A stretch of 64,000 nt of DNA from Eledone cirrhosa (GCA_964016885.1 CAXHJY010001715.1:1-64000); one strand, 5' to 3'. Shown: positions 25,857-38,740, counted from the stretch's first letter. Notes: generated from the sequence alone by a model not told the origin. Program-made: numbers and translations.

Positions 25857-28705
25857 TTTACGTCCGCTTTTCCCTGCTTGCAAGGGTGGGACGGGTCTTA
25901 TTCAGCACAGCATCTCTCCACTCGTCACGGTCCCTCGTCATCTCCACCGTAAGCTTCAATGATCTGAGGTCTGTTCTCACCACCTCCGCCCATGTTTTTC
26001 GTGGTCTACCTCTACTACGTCTTCCTTCAACTGGCATTTCCTGGCACTTCTTCACCCATCGGTCATCCTCCATGCGCATCATATGTCCATACCACCTCAG
26101 TCTCCTCTCCCGTACACTACATTCTATCCCTCTCAGACACAGTTTCTCTCTCAACACATTTATGCTGGGTCGTTCACGCACATTTACACTGCACATCCAA
26201 CGGAGCATGCTTGCCTCATTTCTCTCCAGCCGTCGCATATCTTCTGCGGTAGCTGCCCATGTCTCACTACCATGCAGCATCGCGCTCCTCACACAGGCAT
26301 CATACAACCGGCCTTTCGTACGCAGGGAGAAACCCTTCTTCGTCAACAGAGGAAGCAGCTCCCTAAACTTCTTCCAACCCATCCTTATTCTAGATACTAT
26401 GGCCTCGGAACACCCTCCTCCCATGCTAATCTGATCTCCTAGGTACCGGAAGCTATCCACCACTTCTATAGCGCCCCCTCGCATTTGAAAAATGTGTCTA
26501 TCAGTGCGACTTCTACTGTCTAATTTCCCTGTACATCTACTGCATACATATTTCTCCCTACCTGTTAGTTTGCCTGCTATCCCGCTACATCTCTTGTGTA
26601 CCCAGGACCTACATTGTGTGCATTTTATAGAATTTATGCCAGTTCCTTTTCTGCATATCGAACATGGCCATTTCCCTGACGGAATCAGGGTTTTGTCCTC
26701 TTTTCTACTCATCAACACTTTTGTCTTAGCTAGATTTACTCTCAGTCCTCTTGCTTCCAACTGCTGTTTCCATAGCCGGAATTTATTCTCTAGCTCCTCT
26801 ACTGATTCTGCCATAAGAGCCAGATCGTCAGCATAGAGAAGTTCCCATGGACAGCCAGTCTTAAACTCCTCTGTTATGGCTTGGAGGACTATAATGAACA
26901 AGAGCGGGCTGAGGACCGAACCCTGATGTACTCCTACTTGTATCTGGAATTCCTCACTAAACTCCATTCCTACCCTGACTTTACTGAGAGTACCTCTGTA
27001 CAAAGTTTGCACTGTCCTTACAAGCCATTCCTCAACACCCAGCTTCCTTAGGGACCACTAGATGACAGATCGGGGTACCCTATCAAAGGCCTTCTCTAGG
27101 TCAACAAAGGCCAAGTATAGTGGCTTATTCTTCTCTAAGAACCTCTCTTGCATTTGTCTCACCAAGAAGAGGGCATCTGTTGTACTCTTCCCAGGCACAA
27201 AACCAAACTGCATCTCATCTAGTTTGACCCTTTCTCTAATTAGTTGTGCTAAAATCCTTTCTGCCACTTTCATAACCTGATCTATCAGTTTTATACCCCT
27301 ATAATTGCTCCTCTCCAAAGCATCCCCTTTACCTTTGTAGCAATTTATGAGAATACTGCTGCACCAGTCTTTGGGTATGACACCACCATATATAGCCTGA
27401 TTGATTATGCGTGCAACCAGTTTAGTGCCTACGTCCCCTGATGCCTTCAGCATCTCAGCAACTATTCCCGATGGTCCGGCCGCCTTACCATTTTTCATTT
27501 CCCTAATCGCCTCTTGGACCCTATATTCGTCAATCTCAATAGCTGGTCCCTCTGTCGGATCTACCAAGGGTAATTTCTCTCTCTCCCATTCGTTCTCCAC
27601 ATTCATCAGTCTCTCATAATGGCATTTCCAGGCCTCCTTTTTCTGGTCATTCGTGACACTAAGTACACCGGCATCATCCCGGACACATTTATCACCAACA
27701 ACATCCTGATTTGCATTGACACACTGCCTTGCAATGTGGAACACCGCACGCCTCTGATCTTCCCATCGCAGAACATTGGCAAACCTCCTACTCTCTGCCT
27801 CCCTGCGTGCTAAGTACACCTGACGTCTAGCTTCTCTCTTAGTGGCTGTATATTCTTCCCTACTCCCACCCTTATTCCAAGCCTTCCATGCTAGTCTTTT
27901 GTCTCTAATAGCCTTATCTACACTGCTGTTCCACCACCAGGTCACTCTCTGTCTGGTTGGGGCTCTGCTCCAGCCACAAGTTTCATCAGTAGCCTTCAGC
28001 AAGTTGTCACGTAAGAACTTCCAGTTATTATCTATGTCATACGTCTCTAAATCGTCTTCTTTTTCGTCATATACATCTTGAAGGGCTTTCCTAAATTTGA
28101 ATTTTAGTGAAAGGTCTTTTAGCTTCCAGACCTTTCTTCTCCACACCTTCCTATATGGCTCATTCCATCTCTTGCTTACTGAGATATCACTAACAACTAA
28201 CCTATGCTGTAGGGTACATTCTTCCCCAGGGTATGCCTTGGTATTAGACACTATCTGCCTGTCCCGCTGCCTAACTAGCAGGAAGTCAATCTGGCTTATG
28301 TGCTCACCAGATTTGTAGGTTATTAGGTGATTGGCAGGTTTCTGGAAGTTTGTGTTGCAAATAGTCAATGTACTTGCATCACAAAATTCAAGAAGTCTCA
28401 CTCCTTCTTCATTTCTTGAACCGTAACCATGCCCACCATGTACCCCAGTGTAACCATCCTGGAGCTGTCCAACATGACCATTGAAGTCTCCTGCTAGCAT
28501 AACGATGTCTCCCTCCTCTGTCATTGTGGTTGTTTGCAAAAGTTGCTCATAAAAGCAGTCTTTTTCATCTTTGCCTAGGCCTGCTTGGGGAGCATAGACC
28601 GAGATGATTGTCAGTAGTCTCCTACCTACAACTAATCTAAGCTTAATTATTCGATTACTAACTCGAACTACCTCTATTGTCTTATTGATCCATTTCTCAG
28701 CCACA
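25824..28705 (-). mobile_element. 5'-truncated RTE LINE, subfamily B (partial APE endonuclease plus RT; essentially no 3'UTR; (GAT)n tail)
   Basis: APE motifs (ISVYAPQ, GDFNGH, SQIDF, QHRLV) and RT motifs are present. The stop codon sits directly before the tail. Confidence 0.95.
25858..28703 (-). pseudogene. RTE ORF (APE-RT-PHD-like finger), broken by a single TGG>TAG at 27058-27060
   Basis: ORFs 27058-28713 and 25858-27012 are in the same frame. This copy reads SVI*WSLRK where the 42.3-kb copy reads SVIWWSLRK. Confidence 0.92.
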
Positions 28706-29500
28706 TGATACATATATATAAATATAGTAAAATAAAAAATATATAATATTTATACATAGTATATTTTATATTATTATATACAAATTAAAGATTCAATTTA
28801 TTATATACTAGCAGTATATCCCGGCGTTGCACGGGTAAGAACATTAGTAATAGCACCTCCAATGAGAAACGTTTATTTGTGAGTGCCTGTTAAAAACTCA
28901 CGAAAATATACCGACAGGAAACTTGTTTTATTGGAGAAAATTAAGAATTTGAAAGTACAGTTTAGCTGTCTACGTGCATTGTTCATAGAAATATTGTTGA
29001 GCCCGTTCTTTTCCTACTCCTCTGTTTTGGCCTTTTGGAGTAAATGTGAAAGAGAAAGTCACAGGTTAAGTTGGCAGAAGGTTCCAGTGTCTTAGCAGTA
29101 AGGCGTAGGCTACTTACTTCAAAAGTTCATTCGCACTCTTTCCACTAAGTTACTCTTTCTCTCTATCCCTCTTGGTTCAGTCCCTTGCGAATTTCTCGCG
29201 TAGGCCTGGTGTAGATTTTCACCCAATCCATCTACCCGATGTACATGTCCGCTTTGTACGGCTTGTGGAGGAAGTTGTTCGGTATTATTACGAAAAGGTA
29301 TAGCAGAGAATCCCGCGTGAACTAACAGCTCGGGAGGAAACTGCTTACCTTGAAGATTCATTCGCCATCGTTCTTGTCAACACTCCATTTACTTGGTATT
29401 TGTTGGTCTACAGTTAGATGAATGGTGCACAAAGGGTTAATGTTTATTGGCAACAAGTTTTTTGAATAATAAAAGAGGGCTTAAAGCGACCTACAATGCA

Positions 29501-29552
<52 letters not shown>

Positions 29553-30594
29553 GATACATATATATATACTAGCAGTAGTACCTGGCGTTGCACAGGATAA
29601 GGTATTTTGCAACGCGGGCCGCCAACAGACCTAATCGTGGAAAAACTGCATGTCTGGACAATATGTAAAGAAAATAAACCGAATACTCTGATGGCTGGAT
29701 AATCTTTAAGATTTTCCTCGATGAAGCAGGAAAAATGCAGATTTTCACCTAGGGGATCAAGAAAATAAATTTTTTTTATATGCATAATATGCCTTGAAAT
29801 TTCAGGGAAAAATCGGCTAGACGTAACGCCTCCAAAAAGCCCTAAAAAGCTGAAAAAATGAAGTTTTTCACTTAATGTGGGCCCTAGGCCATAAAAAAAT
29901 AGGATTTTCTTTGCTCACGGTTTGAAGAAGAGACTGACTAATACATACGAGTTACAATTTTAGTTACAATTTCAAGGAAATCGGTCTGACCTAACGCCTC
30001 AACCCCCCCCCCCCCTAAAAAGCTTAAAAAACGCAGTTTTCCACCTGATGCTTGCCCTAGGAGATAAGTAATACACATGTAAAGTTTGAAAAAAGTCGGT
30101 TGGGTACTTCTCGAGTTTTAGGGATTCAAACTCACAGACACACACACACAGACAGACAACCTCAGAGAAGTGACGTAATGCAGCCAGACAGACATACAGA
30201 CAGATATTATAAGAGCGCGACGTTATATGTATGTATCTATCTAAAAAGAGAAAGACTAAGAATTATAGAGAGAGATCGCTAAATCGCCTAATGAGGTCCT
30301 AGGGCATTGAAAATTTGAATTTTTTTTGTTTTTTTGCTCAGAACACTCCCTGAAATATAAGTATTACATGTGTAAAGTTTGAAAACGGAAGTTTGGGTTC
30401 TTCTCGAGTTTTAGAGATTCAAACTCACACACACACAGATAGACATCCTCAGTTTTATATAAATATATATATATGTGTGTGTGTATGTATGCATATATAT
30501 ATATGTGTGTGTGTATGTATGTATATATATATATATAATATATGTGTGTGTGTGTGTGTATATATACATATATTTTTATGTGTATATTTATATA

Positions 30595-30643
<49 letters not shown>

Positions 30644-30670
30644 GTGTTTGTATATGTATATATATATATA

Positions 30671-31567
30671 CGAGGTGTGTCAGAAAAGTTCCAGGACTGA
30701 TGTCACAAAAGATTTATTTCAAACCCAAACTTCACACTAAGACTTTTCTCCTTCAAAGTAATCCCCCTGGAGTCTAATGCACTTTTCCATCCTTTTCTGC
30801 CACGCTTGCATGCACTCCTGGAAGGATTCTTCTGGGATCCTCCGCAGTTCCGTCGTCATGGCCTTTTTGATGTCGTCCACGTCTTCAAAACGGGTCCCCT
30901 CCTGGTCGTACTCGAAGATCCATGACTCATCACCGGCGATGACTGTCCCTAGCAAGTCTGGTTCAGTTTCAAGACGCTCGAGGATGTCCTGGCACACTTG
31001 CATGCGTCGACCCTTCTGGTCATCGTTCAGCAGTTTTGGCACCATCTTCGCGCAGACTTTCCGCATGTCCAAATCTTCAGTGAGAATCTTCCAGACGCTG
31101 TCCTGATTCATACCCAGCTCATTTGCCATCAGTCGAACAGTCAGCCGACGATCGCTACGCACCATCTGCCTGACGTGTTCAACGTTGACCTCAGTCTTGG
31201 TTGTTGAGGGCCTTCCGCTCCTGGGGTCATCTTCCACGTCATCGTGTCCTTCTTTAAACTTCTTGCACCACTCAAAAACACATGAGCGTGACATCGTCTT
31301 ATCTCCATACACTTGCTGCAGCGGAGTTTTCCCCAACCGTACCAGAAACTTCAAGTTTGTTTGTTGCCCTGTGCTCATTGCTTGACGACCTGAAACAGAG
31401 GACATGTATATAAAATTATGAAGAAAAAAGTTTGATCGCTGCAGAGAGCTAAGATTACAGTTACATACTCCAGGGGGATTACTTTGAAGGAGAAAACTCT
31501 TAGTGGGAAGTTTGGGTTTGAAATAAATCTTTTGTGACATCAGTCCTGGAACTTTTCTGACACACCT

Positions 31568-31569
<2 letters not shown>
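30671..31569 (-). mobile_element. Internally deleted mariner element with ~100-bp inverted ends, inserted in (TA)n
   Basis: TA|CGAGGTGTGTCAGAAAAGTTCCAGGACTG ... CAGTCCTGGAACTTTTCTGACACACCTTG. The inverted match spans 30671-30773 and 31467-31569. Confidence 0.93.
30737..31378 (-). pseudogene. mariner transposase remnant (HTH and first catalytic Asp retained; DD34D core deleted in frame)
   Basis: EDDPRSGRPS, DRRLTVR, KMVPKLL (WVPxxL-like) and AGDESWIFEYD are fused directly to GTRFEDVDDIKK...GDYFE. There is no HDNA or YSPDLAP motif. Confidence 0.9.
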
Positions 31570-31613
<44 letters not shown>

Positions 31614-32418
31614 GTGTGTGTGTATATGTATATATGTGTGTATATATATATATATAAGTATATATGTATGTGTGTGTGTGTGAATGTAGCGAAGATAATA
31701 CGTCAACAATGACGTGTTCGTCAGAATGTCGTTATGCATACAGCAGACATACAGACAGATATTATAATGGCTCGATGGAGATCGATAACCGGCGCCTAAC
31801 ACCCCTTTAATAACAGAAAATAAAGGCTGCAGTTAGTATCTTTAGACCGCAAGGAATATATAAATGCAAGTTTGAAGTCAATTGGCGTAGAAATGTGGAT
31901 TTGTATAGACTTTGCAAAAATGAGGACACGCACACGCACACAGACAACTACAGCTTTATATATATGTATAGATTATTTACAATTTGCATGTAGGCAGCTC
32001 TATCTGGAAATAGGGCGGGGGGGGGGGGGGGGTATTACGTAGCATGAGGGGGGGGGGGGGGGGCAACATTTGAGAACCTCTGATGTAGTGCATTCAGTGG
32101 TTATTTAAAGGTGCAGCTGACCCCTGTTTGTTCAGTTCTAAATGTAATTCATATCAAATACTACATGTGCTTACATGGTAAATGATAAATGAAGGAATCA
32201 GAAGACTCATAAAATATTAAACATACCCCTATTATGAATACTTATCAAACTCAGAGAAAATGAAACTCTGGCTCAAGGCACCTACTTCAAAAATTTGTGC
32301 AGTTGTAAAAATTACCTCAAAATAAACCTTGTGAGGTCAAGATATATAGTCCCAAATGTTGACTACATTATCATACACAACATACTATGTTTTGAATAAT
32401 CTCTTGAATACTCTGATA

Positions 32419-32612
32419 ATAATAATTGTTTCTACTATTGGCACAAGGCCAGTAATTATCCCAGTGCATTACTGGTACTTTATTTTATTGACCCCATAAG
32501 GATGAAAGGCAAAGTTAACCACGGCGGGATTTGAACACAGAATGGCAAGGGCCGTAACTCTATGCATCAAAGCATGGCACCGACCCTCTACCGATACTGC
32601 CAATTCACCGCC
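32419..32612 (-). mobile_element. SINE family 2 with 8-bp TSD
   Basis: Same body as the 13933 copy. CTCTGATA flanks it at 32411-32418 and 32613-32620. Confidence 0.88.
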
Positions 32613-33627
32613 CTCTGATATTAATGATATTTCTTATTTGTATTGGGTCATGTTTAAGAGCTAATTAATCTTTTTGTTAACATATTTCTAAAGGCTATGA
32701 TTTTCAAATCAATTTGAAAATAATCTAGAATTTGGAAGTATTTAGTATCATTACTGCCTTATTATTAATTAACTGAAATAGAGTTGAAATTACGGTTACA
32801 AAAGCACTAATGTATTTTTGAGATAACCTCAGATTTTTAAATTTAAAGTGGTGTGGGGCAGTCAACAGTTCTATTCTATAGATGGGAAAAGGGGAGGAAA
32901 CAGCAGACTTTACACCCCGGGCTAGACAGTATATCTTAGCTGTAACCTGCCTGAATAATTGTTTCTGCTAGAACGAAGGCAGTTATTTCCTAAAAAATGT
33001 TAACACCTTGGGGTGATTACCATGGCGAAGAGATTTTTTAATCACCTTTCCTCTTCTTTTGTAAATTGAATTGAATTTTGAATTATATTCACAGCTCAAC
33101 CCTCTGTAGATTTTGTTGAGCTCCTACTAGGTTGTATATTGTAGGAAGTTGTTTCAGTCCTATCTTGTTGTTACAGCTCACACCTGTGTATGTTTAGTTC
33201 ACCTTCTACAAGGTTGTATCTTATAGAAGGTTTTGGGGGTGTTTTAATGATAGAGGCCACAGTCCTGTCATGTTATTATTATTTTTAAAGCTCACACATA
33301 TACAGGTTTAGCTGACCTCCTATGGATTTGTATCTCATATGAGCTTTCTCTGGTGATTTGATAATTGGGACCCCAGTTCTATCATGAAAAGCAATGTGAA
33401 CTGTAGCATCCAGCTCAAGAGCACAATGTGGTGCATGGTCAAAGAATCTAATTCCCAACCTTATGATCAAAAGTCAAAGACCCTATCTACTCAGCCATGC
33501 ACTTTCATGTTTTTGTAGCTTGAGATTATGTAATAAAAACAATCTGATAAGTTTACAAAGAAATCAAGCAAGTTTGAAAATTTGAAATTTACTTGTTTCT
33601 ATTAAGAAACACTGCTACAATTCCTTT

Positions 33628-33836
33628 ATTAACTACAAAATAGTTGAATTAATAAGGTAAATTACTATTGGAGATGGAAAAAAGGTAAACAGAGATTCCT
33701 GCAGGAATCTAATTTTGCATCTGCTGTATACAGCATGGCTGAAATAATCATTCAGTAGATAGAAGATGTGAAGTTAGATTTCTGCAGGTGTCTTTGTTCA
33801 CCTTTTCCCCATTAATTCAACTATTTTATAGTTAAT
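33628..33836. mobile_element. Foldback/MITE-like element (~210 bp)
   Basis: 26-bp TIR ATTAACTACAAAATAGTTGAATTAAT / ATTAATTCAACTATTTTATAGTTAAT (1 mismatch), plus an inner imperfect pair CCTGCAGGAATCTAA / TTAGATTTCTGCAGG. Confidence 0.65.
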
Positions 33837-33846
33837 ATAGTTAATA

Positions 33847-33992
33847 CTAGCAGAATGGCCCGGCATTGCTCGGGATTTGCTCTAGGGTTCTTATATATAT
33901 GATATATATTTATCCTTATCAAGCCTCGTGAAATAAATATGTTTGTTTATATTTTGTTATTGTGTATGCAAAAATATCTGTACACGAATATG

Positions 33993-34081
<89 letters not shown>

Positions 34082-35103
34082 CAGTACAGAGAAGTACGGA
34101 ATACCTTGGCCTCAGGATGGTGTCAACATTTTGTGCTTATAAAAAAAATTTGTCATAGATTACTAGAGTTTTTTTCCGTGCAAAGAAAATCAATACTTTA
34201 TCGCGAAATAAATACTTTTATTTATATTTTGTTATTGTGTATGCAAAAATATCTGTACACGAATATATAATTATATATATATGGAGGCACATGGCTTAGT
34301 GGTAAGAGCGTTGGCCTTGCAATAGAAAGGTTGTGAGTTCAATTCTCAGACCGGGTGATGTGTTGTTTCCTTGAGCAAGAGACTTTATTTCACATTGCTC
34401 CAGTTTACTCAGCTGTAGAAATGAGATGATAGGAACTGGGATCCATATCATTCCACTGCAAAGTGGTCGTGGAGGTGCCACAGCAAAAAAGCACCCAGCA
34501 CTCACTGTAAATGAGGTTGGTGTTAGGAAGGGCATCCAGCTGTAGAAATCAAGCCAGAATCAGTTCCCGTCCCACCCTTGCAAGCAGGGAAAAAGCGGAC
34601 GTAAAACAAATGATGATATATATATATTAAAATAACAGATTAAAGTTTAAGCAAAGAATCGCTGCTTTCACCCTTAACGGGATCTTCTGAAACTAAAATA
34701 AGAAAATCAATCTGTGAACGCAGAAGTAAATATTTCGAAAAACGTTACACACTATATATATATATACACGCGCTATATATACATATATATACACACACAC
34801 ACACAGCTACGTCATAATATCGTAATGCAGACAGCCAGGCATACAGACAGATATTATACGGGCGTCACGTTAAATCTATGTATCTATCTAAAAAGAGAAA
34901 GACAAAGAGAGAAAGAAAGAGATCGCTAAATTGCCTAATGCGGTCCCTAGGGCATTGGAAATTGGAAATTTCTTTTGCTCAAAACACTCACACGACCATA
35001 AGTATTACATGTGTAAAGTGTGAAAACAATCAGTTGGGTGGTTCTCGAGTTTTAGTGAATGGACAGACGGACAGACAGACATTCTCTGTTTTAGATATAT
35101 AGA
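33847..35103 (-). mobile_element. Non-autonomous Helitron-like element hosting a SINE
   Basis: A|CTAGCAGAATGGCCCGGCATTGCTCGGGA at the left and ...TTTTAGATATATAGA|T at the right. Internal modules are shared with 19741-22909. Confidence 0.8.
34283..34617 (+). mobile_element. SINE family 1: tRNA-like head, CORE-like domain, RTE-UTR segment and RTE-B tail
   Basis: A box TGGCTTAGTGG and B box GAGTTCAATTC. The 3' end CCCGTCCCACCCTTGCAAGCAGGGAAAA...GGACGTAAAA equals the 3' end of LINE subfamily B. Confidence 0.9.
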
Positions 35104-35427
35104 TATGAATTGTGGCAGCTTTTTTAATAAAAACAAATTAAAAAAATTTGGAATTTTAAATACTAAGAAATATGGGGAATAAGTATGATCAATTTGTGTT
35201 AACGCACACACACACACGTATATAAGCATACATACACACATATATATACATATACATACACATACACATGCACCCAACCTCACAATAATAAATATATTGA
35301 ACTTTTAGTTTTCAAGTATGAATAGATTTTAAATAAAAGTAACTATGTTGTTGTTGCAGCTTTTTATCCCTGATGACGGGGGAGGAGGAGTAGAATAGCA
35401 GGCCCTCAAGAGCAAATTGTATTTCAT

Positions 35428-35617
35428 GATGGATTGGCAGTATCGGTAGAGGGTCGGACGCCATGCTTTGACGCATAGAGTTACGGCCCTTGCCATTTTG
35501 AGTTCGAATCCCGCCGAGGTTAACTTTGCCTTTCATCCTTACGAGGTCGATAAAATAGAGTACCAGTAGTACACTGGGTAATTGCTGGCCTTGTGCCAAA
35601 AGTAGAAATAATTATTG
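35428..35617 (+). mobile_element. SINE family 2
   Basis: GGATTGGCAGTATCGGTAGAGGG...GAGTTCGAATCCCGCC...GTAGAAATAATTATT. Confidence 0.88.
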
Positions 35618-37153
35618 TTGAAACTCATAGATGAGTTGACGAAGGAACACAACGTGAGGAAGGAAACTGCAGAAAAGGAAGACTGAGGAAAACATAGGCA
35701 GATGTAGCGAGAACTGATCTCAGAATACTGAAATTTACAGAGGAAAGGACAAAGGAAGACAAGTAGAGCGAGGTTATGGAAGAGGAAGACCAAGGATAGC
35801 CCAGGCAGAAGGGGTGAGAGATAATCTCAAAATTCTGAATCTCACAGAGGAGATGATAAAGAAACAAAATGGAGGGAAGCTGTGCTGAAGAAGACCCGTT
35901 CAACCCCAGACATAAAAATGATGATAATGATTTGTTTGAATGAGGAGAGGAAGACAGCAACAAAAGATGTTGAACAAATATATAAATATTTTCAAACTCA
36001 AAAGGTTTTATTTATTTTTTTTGTTTAATTTCATTTTTGTAACTTCTTATATTTAAAAAAATATTTTTCAACAAATAAAATGTTAACAAATTAAAAACAA
36101 AATAAAATCAATATTTTAATTTATTTTACTATAATTCTATTCTAAAAATATCTGCCCTTGTTTAAGACTTTTCAAATTAATCTGCCTGAAACTGCCCTTG
36201 GTTCTATAATACAAAATTGTATTAACTGCATATGCCACATGAAACAGCATTAGAAATAGATTCTTGAAAAGAATAAAACAACACTATGACTATATCACAT
36301 TTGAAAATTAAGACTTCACTATAAAACTACAAATGTTCACAATGACCCATCCAGTAGTAAAGATATTGTAAAAATTTGCATTAACAAACCTGTTTTTTTT
36401 AAAAATATTTTCTGCTGAATCATTACTGGATATCAAAAGTTAAAGTGCTTGTATTAATCTAAGAACCTTCCATCATAATTTCATGAACCCACCTTCGTTA
36501 AGTTACAATCCAAACACCAACTTCATAATGAGAAATTTCTTTAAATTACTAAATCCCTCAAAACTCTTCTTTTCCTCGACCACCTATTCCTGAGAGGGTC
36601 GTGGAGCAAGAGTCCTCAAACACTCCCTCCAGCAGATCCTGTCAGAAGCAACTGTATTCAGCTGATCCAGCTGGATCCCCAAGCATCACCAGCCAAGCCC
36701 ATGGATGTGATCCAAAAATCTTACTCGGAGTCTACGCCTGGGTCACCTACCTGTTGGTTTCGCCTGTAAAACTCTTCATTATTTTCAAAATTATTTGAAT
36801 CACAAAGGCAGTGTCTTTTATATTTTAATTTTTATTCTTATACTGGTTTCAGTCATCTGACTGTCACCATGCTGGGTACTGCCTTAAAGTTGTTCAAATT
36901 GACCCAAGTACTTATTTCTTTCAAATCTGGTGCATATTTTATCAATATTCTTATACATATTTTGATGGTAACTGTTGTGTAACAGTTATGACCTCACCAG
37001 ACAGCTATTACATGAACAGAAAATGACATGAACAAAATAAAATGAGCAAAAATAAAAATTACTCTTGCCATTTCAACAGCTAGTTTCAAACTGTTTGCCG
37101 AAAGGTTTCACAGCTGACTGTTTGTATAATCAGGGGCATGGTTTGTCCATATA

Positions 37154-38454
37154 AGCTGAATCAATGGCTGAACTAGAGGAGAAATTCCAAACTTGGAAGC
37201 ATGGCCAAGAATCAATAGGCCTTAAAATTAACTTGTCTAAGACTAAAGTTCTAGTATGTAGGAAGGAAAATAGAGCACTGGTCCCCTCTAGGAAATGGCC
37301 ATGCTCAGTGTGTAGGAAGGAGTAGGCAGAAACTCCATTTTATGTCCCAAATGCAAAGTATGGGTGCATAAAAGATGTAGTGGGATCACAGGTAAACTAA
37401 CTAAGAACAGATTTTATATGTGGCCGGTGCTCAGGTGCAATAAGTAGTAGCAAGTGCCCACAGGATACTAGCTCCTTCCATTGCCCAGATGGTTCTATAG
37501 AAATAGTGGACACCTTCCATTACCTGGGTGACAAAATCAGCAGTGGTGGAGGGTACTCTGAAAGTATAGTAGCTAGAGTCAGAATGGGGTGGAAAAAGTT
37601 AAGAGAGCTTATACCACTATTGGCCGCTAAAGGTTTCTCCCTAAAAATGAAAGGCAGGTTGTATGATGCCTGCATACGAACAGCAATGTTACATGGCAGT
37701 GAGACATGGGCATTGTGTGCAGAGGATCTGCACAGACTGGAGAGGAACGAAGCTTGAATGTTCTGTTGGATGTGTAATAGTAATAACGTGAACGGCAAAG
37801 CATAAATGAACTAAGTGAGAAATTAGGAATAAGAGGGATCAGATGCTGTTTACTCGAGAGAAGACTACGTTGGTATGGTCACGTGATGCGCGTGAAAGAC
37901 GACAACTGTATAAAAAAGTGCAGGGCGATCAAAATAGATGGAAGCTACGGAGTAGGCAGACCCAGAAAAACCTGGGACGATTTGATAAATTCCGACCTTA
38001 CACACTTACACCTCTCTAAGACAATGTCACTGGACTGAGGTCTTTGGCGCTACGCTGTAATACAGAAAACCCGCCTTTCCTAAGTACAAAGCGAAACCTA
38101 CAGTCAGTAGGCACCTCCTAACCAAAAATACACCCCCATCCCACTACCCCCACCCCTTTCTCTGTAAAGTTATGTTGGTGTCACAACATCCGGTCCTAAA
38201 TAAATGAGGTTGTGTAGGTGTCACGACAAAAAAAAACACACAGTCCATGCTGTAATGTGGTCGTGTAGGTAACACGGTAAAAACCTCCCAGTCCACACTG
38301 TGAACGTGGTTGGTGTTAGGAAGGGCATCCAGCCGTAGAAAACCTGCCAGACAGTCCTATGCGAGCGAGACGACCAATCTTGCCTCAAGTGGGAAAATTC
38401 CCGTCTAAACCCATGCTAGCGTGGAAGATAGATGTTAAACAATGATGATGATGA
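37154..38454 (+). mobile_element. 5'-truncated RTE LINE, subfamily A, with stops and frameshifts
   Basis: Near-colinear with the reverse complement of 20221-21520. ORF 37506-37757 (YLGDKI...MLHGSETW). (GAT)n tail. Confidence 0.93.
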
Positions 38455-38680
38455 AGGTTATACATTATCCATCCAATTGTAAATTTTCTTCATACAAATA
38501 TTTTAGAAAGAAATTATCATATTTTAGAGATACAGATACATACACATGCTTCCATATATATCTTTATATGTTTAGGGAATGGTTGTGTGTGTAGATATGT
38601 AGCTTAGTGAGTAGAGGCTTGTTTATCATGATTTTAAGACAACAGAGCTATGGTGTCATAACCAGCAGCATATATATAGG

Positions 38681-38711
<31 letters not shown>

Positions 38712-38740
38712 GTATATAGTAATAATAATAAATTTGAAGA

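Larger units (their letters stand above)
28808..31972 (-). mobile_element. Composite non-autonomous Helitron-like element with the same termini as 17527-19070; hosts a mariner
   Basis: CTAG plus hairpin at 28808 and an internal CTAG terminus at 29569. 28808-29570 is the reverse complement of 18286-19070. 31800-31972 is the reverse complement of 17527-17700. Confidence 0.85.
25704..32082. mobile_element. hAT-like MITE (~330 bp of own sequence) expanded to 6.4 kb by nested insertions
   Basis: 14-bp perfect TIRs CAGAGGTTCTCAAA / TTTGAGAACCTCTG. 8-bp TSD ATGTAGTG at 25696-25703 and 32083-32090. Confidence 0.9.

Noticed and set aside
31379-31540. N-terminal extension of the 267-aa mariner ORF
   Set aside because: Derived largely from the inverted 3'-end copy. 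The transposase-like sequence starts at the ATG at 31378.
34283-34355. tRNA gene
   Set aside because: A and B boxes are present, but acceptor and anticodon stems do not pair and the sequence continues into a SINE body with a LINE tail.
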